The position numbers and the translations under genes are program-made. A stretch of DNA of 63,895 nt, counting the filler, from Lama guanicoe (lineage: Eukaryota), in the NCBI GenBank assembly GCA_013239625.1. It is 187 parts of 187 records of this genome, joined end to end, with 100 filler letters (N's around TTAATTAATTAA, not from the genome) between each part and the next. Parts side by side here need not be neighbours in the genome. Positions count along the whole stretch, not along the records: positions 34,542 to 34,783 come from PNXV01046788.1; positions 34,884 to 35,125 come from PNXV01046789.1; positions 35,226 to 35,467 come from PNXV01046790.1; positions 35,568 to 35,809 come from PNXV01046791.1; positions 35,910 to 36,151 come from PNXV01046792.1; positions 36,252 to 36,493 come from PNXV01046793.1; positions 36,594 to 36,835 come from PNXV01046794.1; positions 36,936 to 37,177 come from PNXV01046795.1; 179 more parts are not named here. One strand, 5' to 3'. Below are positions 34,701 to 45,727 of this stretch, one piece after another (the stretch's first letter is position 1; each line of letters starts with the position of its first letter). The notes under the pieces were generated by a model that was given only the letters and a program-made list of their open reading frames with translations, made no database searches and was not told where the DNA came from.

Positions 34701-37700
34701 AGGATCTGCATGTTCTGTATTTACCCTTTCAATCAGACATGAACACAGAAGCATCCCCACAAGAACTCGAGTGCATTCTGGGTNNNNNNNNNNNNNNNNN
34801 NNNNNNNNNNNNNNNNNNNNNNNNNNNTTAATTAATTAANNNNNNNNNNNNNNNNNNNNNNNNNNNNNNNNNNNNNNNNNNNNTCTGCTGTCACAGCTGA
34901 GTGGTAGTTTGTCAGATACAGAATTCTGGGTTTAAAAAAAAAGTGTGTTTACCCTTTGGATCTTGCTGGCAATACTTAGAATATCCAGTGTTAAAACTGA
35001 GAAGACACTGCCACTGTAAGCGGGACACTTCTTTGTAGATGGACAATTTGTTTTCTCCCTCTCTGAACATTTTTACAGTCTCTCTTCATCCCTGAAGCAC
35101 TGATCCTCCACAGATGCACACCCACNNNNNNNNNNNNNNNNNNNNNNNNNNNNNNNNNNNNNNNNNNNNTTAATTAATTAANNNNNNNNNNNNNNNNNNN
35201 NNNNNNNNNNNNNNNNNNNNNNNNNACCCCCTGCTGTGCTCACTGCCTTCAAGGGAGGAGGTAGGATCCATCCCAAGGGCAGAGGGAACTGCGGTAGCAG
35301 GCTGTAGGCAGGGACTTCCACATCTGATTCCTCAGCCTCTCAACTGCGTGGCATTCAGTTACTCCCCATTTTAGAGCTGGGGAAAGAGAAGCTGCAAGGC
35401 ACAGAAGGGAACTAGACAGACTAACTGGCATTAGGAAAGGTCACAATTCACATTCCCAGAGACTGACNNNNNNNNNNNNNNNNNNNNNNNNNNNNNNNNN
35501 NNNNNNNNNNNTTAATTAATTAANNNNNNNNNNNNNNNNNNNNNNNNNNNNNNNNNNNNNNNNNNNNAAAAAAAACTAAGGAATAATGATATTTGATTTT
35601 AAAAGAATGATAAATCCTTATTAGAAGTACTGAAAATAAAGTAGAACATTAAGTAAAAAGACTACATACGTTATTGAAATTCTCAAATATATGCAAACAA
35701 AAAAGTACCTAATATGATAGAACATCAATGGAAAAAAAGCCAAACATCTAGCAAATATAAATGTTGTAATTGTCTTCTAAATGTGATTTAAGTTTATTTG
35801 CTGTTAAGTNNNNNNNNNNNNNNNNNNNNNNNNNNNNNNNNNNNNNNNNNNNNTTAATTAATTAANNNNNNNNNNNNNNNNNNNNNNNNNNNNNNNNNNN
35901 NNNNNNNNNTGGAGGCAGCTTTGTGGACAAAGAAGAGTGTCCTTGGGCCCTCGAAGCAGGTGTTCATGACCCCTGTTCCAGGACCTCCTGGAAGGAGAAG
36001 TTTAGATGATAACCTTAGCAAGAGTCACGTATCCTTTAACACTGCAAGGATGGGGAGTCAGACGCAGGAAGGCTTCCGGTGACTCATCCAGGATGCTACA
36101 GGCAGGAAGTGAGAAATGAAATTAGAACTTTAACTGTATCTCAGCTACCCANNNNNNNNNNNNNNNNNNNNNNNNNNNNNNNNNNNNNNNNNNNNTTAAT
36201 TAATTAANNNNNNNNNNNNNNNNNNNNNNNNNNNNNNNNNNNNNNNNNNNNCTATTGGGTAGAATTCGCTCCAAGAGAAATTTTGTGTGGAAAATGCCCG
36301 GTATTTGAAACTGGTGTTTGGAAATACCGGCGAAATCATAGTAAAGATTTCTAGATGTTAATTTTCCTTGTATTGAGTATGAATATTTGGTAAACGACAT
36401 GCTCCCTACTCAGAAATGGATGTTTGCCAAATCCGTGCTGAATTTAGTGATGTTGGAACACGGAATTTCATGATGAGGGAAACTGTATCTTACNNNNNNN
36501 NNNNNNNNNNNNNNNNNNNNNNNNNNNNNNNNNNNNNTTAATTAATTAANNNNNNNNNNNNNNNNNNNNNNNNNNNNNNNNNNNNNNNNNNNNGTCCTGC
36601 ACCCTGTTCTCCTGAAGAGGTGCGTCCCTTCACTCTTCCCTACAGGGGATCTACTGGAACCTCTGCCTGCTTATATTATCACCAGGGCTGGTTGTCACCT
36701 GACTAAAGACTCGCCAGTGTGATGGTGACCGGTGCTGTCTCTACAGTGTTTCCATCTGCCTATTCTCACCTGAGAGGTCAAGCATCTCTGACACACACTG
36801 GCAACCTGCATTGCCTGTCATTGGAACTGCCCATGNNNNNNNNNNNNNNNNNNNNNNNNNNNNNNNNNNNNNNNNNNNNTTAATTAATTAANNNNNNNNN
36901 NNNNNNNNNNNNNNNNNNNNNNNNNNNNNNNNNNNGCTCATGGATAGAAAGGAATCATTCTTTCTTAAAGGATACAATTTATTCTTTTCATGATCTCTTC
37001 ACATGCACACATACGCTATTCAGGAAAGAATGTGTTAAAATTGCATCTGAAATTACAACATGATTGCTTTGCAGAGAGCGCTCTCACAGAGCGTGCTCTC
37101 GGGTTGTGAAGGAAGCAAGAAGATCACATCCGTGTTCAACAGGCACTTCCACCAGCCTTCCAGTGAGCGCCAGAGTGNNNNNNNNNNNNNNNNNNNNNNN
37201 NNNNNNNNNNNNNNNNNNNNNTTAATTAATTAANNNNNNNNNNNNNNNNNNNNNNNNNNNNNNNNNNNNNNNNNNNNAGAAGGGACATCTGATCATTTCT
37301 AGACATGATTCTCAATACCTAGGGAAAGTCAATATTCTGACAAAGGACCTATAAAATGTCTTCAGAGGAAAACACCAAAGACAGGAGGTTCCCCTTCCAA
37401 ATGAGGGCAGGGCGGATTCTGACGTAATCGGTGTGGGCCTGGCTAGGTCCGGTGACTCCCACATGCCTCTAGACACTATCAGGTAGAGCCCCCGAGCAGC
37501 ATTATTTTTCTTAAAAACANNNNNNNNNNNNNNNNNNNNNNNNNNNNNNNNNNNNNNNNNNNNTTAATTAATTAANNNNNNNNNNNNNNNNNNNNNNNNN
37601 NNNNNNNNNNNNNNNNNNNTGTAACTCTGACAGTTGTGAAAATGAACAATGAGTTGTAGCAGGAAGAATATGGATTTTGCCAGATAATATTCTAACATAG

Positions 37701-40013
37701 ATCAAAGAGCTTTTGAATTTATCAAGGGAAGGCCCTAAGTATAAGCTTTTTAAAGAAATAGTTTGTTCTTCTGAATCACAATGGTATCTTCCCAATAGCC
37801 CTCCACGTAGTCTCTCCCGTGTCCTACTAATTTACCTATGAAGGCAAACACACACACACACNNNNNNNNNNNNNNNNNNNNNNNNNNNNNNNNNNNNNNN
37901 NNNNNTTAATTAATTAANNNNNNNNNNNNNNNNNNNNNNNNNNNNNNNNNNNNNNNNNNNNCTTTGCAGGGATTCCGCCGTGGCTGGAGCCAAGTCATAG
38001 CTGCTCCTCACGGGCGGGACGTGCACTCTCTGGTTTACTGAGGCCTGGGCTACGTCGCTTCCTTGAATTGCCTGCCTGCCTGGATCCTGCAGTCTTTGCA
38101 AGGTAGCATATGGTAGCGTGTAAAAATTCCATTCCTCTGTTCTGCTATGAATCAGTGATTTCGAAGCACATGGAATTTAGAAATAGTTAGCTATTAGCAG
38201 TATNNNNNNNNNNNNNNNNNNNNNNNNNNNNNNNNNNNNNNNNNNNNTTAATTAATTAANNNNNNNNNNNNNNNNNNNNNNNNNNNNNNNNNNNNNNNNN
38301 NNNGCCATAAACCTTTCTCGGCTGCAAACTCCAACGTTTCCGTTTGTCCGGCGTCACTGTGCGTGGGGGACATGAGCGCGGCTTCGACCACAAGCCTGTG
38401 TTCGGCTCTGCCGAGCCCAGCATCGCTGTCAAGGTGCGATCTTGGAATGAGGTGGGTGGGCAGACTGAAAACCACAAGGGGGGCAGACGGAGTCCACGAC
38501 CTCCACTTCCAGGCTGCAGCCCGAGGGAGGGAGTCTTTACTAGCANNNNNNNNNNNNNNNNNNNNNNNNNNNNNNNNNNNNNNNNNNNNTTAATTAATTA
38601 ANNNNNNNNNNNNNNNNNNNNNNNNNNNNNNNNNNNNNNNNNNNNTCCCACCTGCCTTCATCCATGCCATTCCTGCCTCGACTTCTCAGCCTCAACCCAG
38701 GACACGGCCCCCTGCAGGCACGGGTACCCCTCTATCCGGGCCACATGGCCTGCGTCTCCCCATGTGGCTCCTCCCACTCCCCAGAGGCCGGCGCTGCCCC
38801 AGGACACCCACTGGACACACAGCTGGGGTCTGCACACGGCTGTGGATCATAGGGCTCAGCTTCTCCAACCTTGTTAGAAATGTGGCTNNNNNNNNNNNNN
38901 NNNNNNNNNNNNNNNNNNNNNNNNNNNNNNNTTAATTAATTAANNNNNNNNNNNNNNNNNNNNNNNNNNNNNNNNNNNNNNNNNNNNAAACAGACTATAC
39001 TTCAGTTAAAAAAATAAAATGAAAAAACAAAACAAAAATAAACTGTAGGGGAAAAAAAGCTTAAGAAAATCCTGAAAGGGTACACGGAAACTCATTGTGA
39101 AGCTCTTAAAGCTTTCTATTATAGGGCTTTTTCAGTTATTTATCAAAATTTCTGGAATGTACACAAAATATTTGCAAAGAATTGAGGGGAATATACAAAT
39201 GTATAAATCTCGGTTCCTAAGTCTTAGCCNNNNNNNNNNNNNNNNNNNNNNNNNNNNNNNNNNNNNNNNNNNNTTAATTAATTAANNNNNNNNNNNNNNN
39301 NNNNNNNNNNNNNNNNNNNNNNNNNNNNNCAACTAAGTGTGTACTAATTTGTATATAGAAAACCTACAAAGTTTTTGTAAGCTGGAATAAACAGATTTAA
39401 TACTTTTGATGGAACAATATTATGAAAGGAATAAAATTGTGTCTGTACTAATTTGTGCCACACTTAACTATTAAAAGCTCTTCAACATTATTTAACCCTT
39501 GAAATACAGTATATAGAAATGATTTTGATTAAGAAAAAATCCTAGACTCAAATCTGGTACTATGATTTTTTNNNNNNNNNNNNNNNNNNNNNNNNNNNNN
39601 NNNNNNNNNNNNNNNTTAATTAATTAANNNNNNNNNNNNNNNNNNNNNNNNNNNNNNNNNNNNNNNNNNNNAGAAGGAAATATGGATGAGTGGTATTATT
39701 TACAAGTGTTAGAAGATTTTCCAAGCATAAACAGTGGAAGTTATAAAATAAAACATCAATACCTCTGGCCACATAAAATTGGGACCAAAAGCTTCAGTGT
39801 AAATGCAAACATAGAAAAGGCATTCACATACACACTTAATAAAACATTCTTACTTGGTTTACAATAAAGGAAATAACTTTTTTTTAATGATCAAAGGATA
39901 CCCTCAGTTCACANNNNNNNNNNNNNNNNNNNNNNNNNNNNNNNNNNNNNNNNNNNNTTAATTAATTAANNNNNNNNNNNNNNNNNNNNNNNNNNNNNNN
40001 NNNNNNNNNNNNN

Positions 40014-40255
40014 GGCGGCGGGGCGGGAGGGCGCGGGCGGGGCGGGGCGGCTGCTGCCTGCGGGGCCCCTTTACTCGCGCGGCTCGCGCCCCCCGGAAGC
40101 AGCTGGAATCCGCGCCAGCCAATCAGCGAGCCGCGCCGCGGGCGCCAGAGCGTGCGCTGCGCTTGCGCCCACCTGCCGCCAGGGGGCGGTGTCCGTCCCT
40201 GCCGGGTCCCCGCGGAGCCTCAGGTGAGACCCGAGTGTCCGGGACCCGCGAGTGG
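40014..40255 (+). promoter_or_regulatory. CpG-island promoter with probable first-exon donor (cag|gtgaga at ~40223/40224)
   Basis: GC boxes (ggggcggggcgg), an ETS site ccggaagc, a CCAAT box gccaatcagc, an NRF1-like gcgctgcgcttgcgc, and a CTCF-like gccgccagggggcggt (40175-40190). Confidence 0.75.
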
Positions 40256-40355
40256 NNNNNNNNNNNNNNNNNNNNNNNNNNNNNNNNNNNNNNNNNNNNT
40301 TAATTAATTAANNNNNNNNNNNNNNNNNNNNNNNNNNNNNNNNNNNNNNNNNNNN

Positions 40356-40597
40356 TTGAGCATCTTTTCATGTGCCTGTTGGCCATCTGTATGTCTTCTT
40401 TGCAGAAATGTCTATTTAGATCTCCTGCCCAAGTTTTGATTGGGTTGTTTGTGTTTTTGATATTGAGCTACATGGGCTGCTTGTATATTTGTATAATCCC
40501 TTACCAATCGCATCATCTGCAAAAATTTTCTCCCAGTTCCCAGGTTGCCTTTTCTTTTTGTTTATGGTTTCCTTTGCTGTGCAAAAGCTTTTAAGTT
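40356..40597 (-). mobile_element. L1 ORF2 C-terminal fragment
   Basis: ttgagcatcttttcatgtgcctgttggccatctgtatgtcttctttg.agaaatgtctatttag...tttatggtttcctttgctgtgcaaaagctttt. Confidence 0.94.
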
Positions 40598-41039
40598 NNN
40601 NNNNNNNNNNNNNNNNNNNNNNNNNNNNNNNNNNNNNNNNNTTAATTAATTAANNNNNNNNNNNNNNNNNNNNNNNNNNNNNNNNNNNNNNNNNNNNGTG
40701 TTTTCGTGGATTGTGCGAAGGCCCCTGCCATGGGGCAGTCATCCCCCCGGCCGTGGCCTGGCCCTCGGACACCTCTCCCCCACCTCAGTGACAGGAGGTG
40801 TCTGCCAGCAGGGACTTTGGCTGGGAGCGTTGCCTGTTAGTCCTGGCGTTCGCACTCCTATTCACAGAGGCAGGAATTCTGCAGCCCTCGGCTTCTTACC
40901 CATCCTCAGGGTCCGGGAGTCCTCTGTCTGGGGGATTTCNNNNNNNNNNNNNNNNNNNNNNNNNNNNNNNNNNNNNNNNNNNNTTAATTAATTAANNNNN
41001 NNNNNNNNNNNNNNNNNNNNNNNNNNNNNNNNNNNNNNN

Positions 41040-41212
41040 TGGTTCTCAAAGTGTGGTCCGGGGAGCAGCACTGCAACCCCTGGCAACATGCTAGAAGGCA
41101 GGTTCTCTGCCCGCCCAACCATCCCCAATCAGATGCTCTGGGGGTCAGGCCCAGCATCCTTTTCAGCAAGCCCACCAGGCACTTCTGAAGCCCAGGAAGT
41201 TTCAGAACCACC
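41040..41212 (+). mobile_element. MER5A (hAT-Charlie MITE), near full length
   Basis: Terminal inverted repeats tggttctcaaagt ... agtttcagaacca; internal aatcagatgctctgggggtcaggcccagca...ttcagcaagccc.ccagg. Confidence 0.88.
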
Positions 41213-41582
41213 GAGGTACAGGGCCCTCAGCACAGCCTGCTGGGCTTGCTGAACTGGTCAGCAGCATTCTCCAGCTAGGAGNNNNNNNNNNNNNNNNNNN
41301 NNNNNNNNNNNNNNNNNNNNNNNNNTTAATTAATTAANNNNNNNNNNNNNNNNNNNNNNNNNNNNNNNNNNNNNNNNNNNNTCCATGGGGAATTTGGTTG
41401 GTGAGATCTGTGTGCTGTAAAGGAAAAGGGTTTGGGGGAGAAGAACCATCACCCTGAGCCTCTGTACATGCACTGGTGTCACCCAATACCATGGGGACCA
41501 CCCACGTCTGCTTGGGGACCTGTCAACTCACATCTCTGTCTCCCTTCTTCATCTGGAAAATAACCACCTTGGCTTCCTCCAG

Positions 41583-41623
41583 GTGCGGTTCCTGGAGCAG
41601 CAGAACAAGGTCCTGGACACCAA
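41583..41623 (+). CDS. Type II keratin (KRT5/KRT6-like) exon 2, 5' part (coil 1A)
   Basis: Acceptor ggcttcctccag| followed by VRFLEQQNKVLDT(K), at the conserved intron-1 position of type II keratins. Confidence 0.9.
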
Positions 41624-41723
41624 NNNNNNNNNNNNNNNNNNNNNNNNNNNNNNNNNNNNNNNNNNNNTTAATTAATTAANNNNNNNNNNNNNNNNNNNNN
41701 NNNNNNNNNNNNNNNNNNNNNNN

Positions 41724-41965
41724 TTTATTTTATTTTTTGATACAATTTTAAAAGAAATTATTTTTAAATTTTCCTTTTCTGGTATTTCATTGTTAGTGTA
41801 AAAAAATGCAATTGATTTCTGTGTGTTAATCCTGTATCCTGCTACCTTGCTGAATTCCTTTATTGCTCTAGTAGTTTTTGTGTGGAGCCTTTGGGGTTTT
41901 CTATATATAGTATCATGGCATCTGCATATAGTGACAATTTTACCTCTTCTCTTCCAATTTGGATT
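41724..41965 (-). mobile_element. L1 ORF2 (RT region) fragment
   Basis: gatttctgtgtgttaatcctgtatcctgctaccttgctgaattc...atcatggcatctgcatatagtgacaattttacctcttc (antisense of the [11 protein letters not shown] / FADD region). Confidence 0.92.
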
Positions 41966-42065
41966 NNNNNNNNNNNNNNNNNNNNNNNNNNNNNNNNNNN
42001 NNNNNNNNNTTAATTAATTAANNNNNNNNNNNNNNNNNNNNNNNNNNNNNNNNNNNNNNNNNNNN

Positions 42066-42085
42066 CAGCAGCAGCAGCAGCAGCA
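42066..42085. repeat. (CAG)n microsatellite at contig edge
   Basis: cagcagcagcagcagcagca. Confidence 0.85.
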
Positions 42086-42407
42086 CAACCCCGGATGCCC
42101 GCCGAGTCTCCTGGCTGCAGTGTGGCGGGTGCAGCCTCTGCTTGGTCTCCTGTCCTCCCAGGGTGGAGTAGGACTGCCCTCCTGCCGGCTGCCTCCTTCT
42201 CCAAGCCCCAGGCCTGGGACATCCCAGCCTGGCTGAGGGGTTTCCAGGATGACTTACCCTCGCGGTTCTCCCCAGCTCCTCACTTCACGTGAAGTGGTCA
42301 GTGGGAANNNNNNNNNNNNNNNNNNNNNNNNNNNNNNNNNNNNNNNNNNNNTTAATTAATTAANNNNNNNNNNNNNNNNNNNNNNNNNNNNNNNNNNNNN
42401 NNNNNNN

Positions 42408-42649
42408 CATTTTAATGTAAACACTTACTGTTTAAAACCATTACGACAAGCATATCGTTCAGCAGACCATCCGAGGAAATCTTGAGAATCGATATTAACG
42501 TGCTTCTGAAGAAGCAGCTTGACTATGTCTGGTGAGTCATGATGTACAGCAAGCATCAGTGCTGATCTAAAATAAAAGAGACAACTTCACCCTTAGGAAT
42601 TTAGTTAGCTTAACTTAAACAGTTAATTTGATCTATTTTACCAAGTTAA
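42408..42649 (+). repeat. Satellite-like monomer, family A (copy 2)
   Basis: Homologous to 2737-2978 with a shifted register. Confidence 0.75.
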
Positions 42650-42749
42650 NNNNNNNNNNNNNNNNNNNNNNNNNNNNNNNNNNNNNNNNNNNNTTAATTA
42701 ATTAANNNNNNNNNNNNNNNNNNNNNNNNNNNNNNNNNNNNNNNNNNNN

Positions 42750-42991
42750 CGCTGTGGAAGGGGAGGCCCGGCTCGTCGCGGGTGGGCGCGGGGCGAGCCC
42801 CTGGCGGCCCCTCGCGGCGGCCTCGCAGACCGGGAAGGGGCTGGGGCACGCCCGCTCCTCCAGGCCCGCGCCCCCGCCCCGCTGCCGCTGAAGCCTCCGG
42901 GGTGCGGCTTCGCCCCGCCAGCCCCGCTCACTGCCCCCCGCGGGGACGCGCGCTACGGCGCGCGAGCGGGGACAAGCTTCCCCCGGGGCGC
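42750..42991. promoter_or_regulatory. CpG-island fragment
   Basis: About 80% GC, dense CpG, multiple GC boxes (ccccgccc). Confidence 0.65.
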
Positions 42992-43497
42992 NNNNNNNNN
43001 NNNNNNNNNNNNNNNNNNNNNNNNNNNNNNNNNNNTTAATTAATTAANNNNNNNNNNNNNNNNNNNNNNNNNNNNNNNNNNNNNNNNNNNNACATCTTGC
43101 CCCTAAGAGTTATAGAACGAAATGCATCCCAGGGACAACTTAGTCCTGAAGCAGAAGAGAAAGGTGGGGGGAATGCCCCATCCTACACTGAGCATCATAG
43201 TGGTTCTAGAAATAATTACAGAATGTTACCAGCTGAGACTTAAAGAAACAAGCCTTTGGAACTGAAGAATGAACTCCAAATGTGAAATGTGAACATGGAT
43301 TTATGATAAAGTTAGTGTTTTTTGGGGAGACAGNNNNNNNNNNNNNNNNNNNNNNNNNNNNNNNNNNNNNNNNNNNNTTAATTAATTAANNNNNNNNNNN
43401 NNNNNNNNNNNNNNNNNNNNNNNNNNNNNNNNNTGCATAGTGGGAGGGCAGGCAAGGAACAAGGAGAATGCTGGCTCGGCTAACAATCCTACATGTT

Positions 43498-43544
43498 TCT
43501 CCCATCCAAGTACTAACCAGGCCTGACCCTGCTTAGCTTCTGAG
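43498..43544 (-). pseudogene. RNA5SP: 5S rRNA pseudogene fragment (approx. nt 44-90 of 5S)
   Basis: Reverse complement ctcagaagctaagcagggtcaggcctggttagtacttggatgggaga versus 5S ctcggaagctaagcagggtcgggcctggttagtacttggatgggaga; the two differences are CpG-type G>A. Confidence 0.93.
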
Positions 43545-45485
43545 GCTCCTTCACATTTCTGAAGCAACCCCTGCTTCCCTCTGCTCTCTGGATAATCCCC
43601 CATGCTCCCCAGGGCTGTCCGAGACCATGCTCACACAGCCCTGGGCACAGGGGTCCATAGACACTGGGGATTGAGNNNNNNNNNNNNNNNNNNNNNNNNN
43701 NNNNNNNNNNNNNNNNNNNTTAATTAATTAANNNNNNNNNNNNNNNNNNNNNNNNNNNNNNNNNNNNNNNNNNNNTAAAGGATAAAAATCTCTCAAATGT
43801 ATAGAGGATTTGGATCACTTCCCTGTGTACTGGCAGTTTAAAAACAAAATTAGCATTTGTTTTATCAAGGATGAAGCAGAACAGGGCATTACTTTAAAAG
43901 CAACGTGTTTTTTTCTTGCTTGGGGACCCCCCCGGTCTTAAGCCCTCCTCCACTCAACCAAAACCCAGATATCTTGAAAGATATTAATTTTCCGTGTTCT
44001 GTCTCTGCAAAAGCAACNNNNNNNNNNNNNNNNNNNNNNNNNNNNNNNNNNNNNNNNNNNNTTAATTAATTAANNNNNNNNNNNNNNNNNNNNNNNNNNN
44101 NNNNNNNNNNNNNNNNNTTTTATAGCATCACAGGGGTCACAAGATGCAGGCATGTCAACACATGCGGTGAGAATGAGAGAGTCAAGGATCGGCACAACAA
44201 GGCAATGAGGGAGGCCGAGGTAAACATCTTTCACGATGAGTGCAGGAAGAACGGTCAAGTTGCGTCCAAGTCCAAGACAGAACAAACACTCTGGAGTTCC
44301 TTCAAGCACCGTGGAATGTGACTTCTGTCTTGGAATGGAGGGGGACCCTCGGTGGAAGGNNNNNNNNNNNNNNNNNNNNNNNNNNNNNNNNNNNNNNNNN
44401 NNNTTAATTAATTAANNNNNNNNNNNNNNNNNNNNNNNNNNNNNNNNNNNNNNNNNNNNTCTCTCTCTGATCAGTTGCACATTCAGACGTGCTCACAAAC
44501 AGGTCTCTGTTGATGTGTTAATAGAGATAAGGGCTTCCTGGTCCATAGTATTAGGTCCTTCAGGACAAAGACAAAGTTAGAGCATTTAGCATGGTTCTGG
44601 GACTGATAGAAGCACTCCAGCATCTCAAGGAATGCATCTTTCTTTGTGAAGCCTGTTATTTGCAAACTGAATTCAATTCATATGTGCAACTAATATATAA
44701 TNNNNNNNNNNNNNNNNNNNNNNNNNNNNNNNNNNNNNNNNNNNNTTAATTAATTAANNNNNNNNNNNNNNNNNNNNNNNNNNNNNNNNNNNNNNNNNNN
44801 NCACTCAATAAATGGGACCAATTATTCATTTTAGTATTATGTTACACAGGTATGCATAGCATAGACCCTCTGTTTTTACCTGTTTCATAATATTTGTATG
44901 AGGCGGGGTTGAGCAAGTGTGTTCAAGAGAAAAATCGGCAGTCATTCTCATTGGATCTTCAGAATATTCATAAACAATTCTCATGTTATCCTTAATTTTT
45001 CCTTTCTTATCAAGGCTGCTGAGTCTAATTCGGGTATCAATCCNNNNNNNNNNNNNNNNNNNNNNNNNNNNNNNNNNNNNNNNNNNNTTAATTAATTAAN
45101 NNNNNNNNNNNNNNNNNNNNNNNNNNNNNNNNNNNNNNNNNNNTTTCTTTAAGTTTCACATTATTTCGAAATAGAAAGTTAAAGACAGTAAAGAAACCAA
45201 AGTAAACTAAATTTCAACTATGGCCGTCAACTTAATGTGGGCTCGTATGTATTATGTGTTGTGTATGTGAAGACAGAATCGTCCAACCGTGGACTAGATA
45301 CAACTAAACGAAGGAGGTGACTTCAGATCCTCATTGCACACTTTTCAGCTGATGATCGTAGTCAAGATAAAACCCAAGTTGCCTCNNNNNNNNNNNNNNN
45401 NNNNNNNNNNNNNNNNNNNNNNNNNNNNNTTAATTAATTAANNNNNNNNNNNNNNNNNNNNNNNNNNNNNNNNNNNNNNNNNNNN

Positions 45486-45727
45486 GTTCAGGCTTAAGTT
45501 TACGTTTTGGCATAAAACATAGATGCTTATTATTGCAGCAAAATTTCTTGAAAAGACCCTCTTTCTTCAATGATTTGCTTTTGCTTCTCTGTTATGGACC
45601 ATCTTTTTGAGTCAGATAATTGGCTGTATCTTTTGTTATATTGGTCTTGGGTCTGCTTCTTTGCCAATACCACACTGTTTTGACAGTGTAACTTTATAAT
45701 TAGTCAATGAAATCAGGTAGTGTGAGT
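45486..45727 (-). mobile_element. L1 ORF2 fragment, old
   Basis: ttcttgaaaagaccctctttcttcaatga.ttgcttttgcttct...tgccaataccacactgttttga...gtaactttata...tgaaatcaggtagtgtgagt. Confidence 0.85.

Noticed and set aside
36468..36493. C/D box snoRNA start (ATGATGA)
   Set aside because: The contig ends ~20 nt later, and no D box or recognisable guide is visible.
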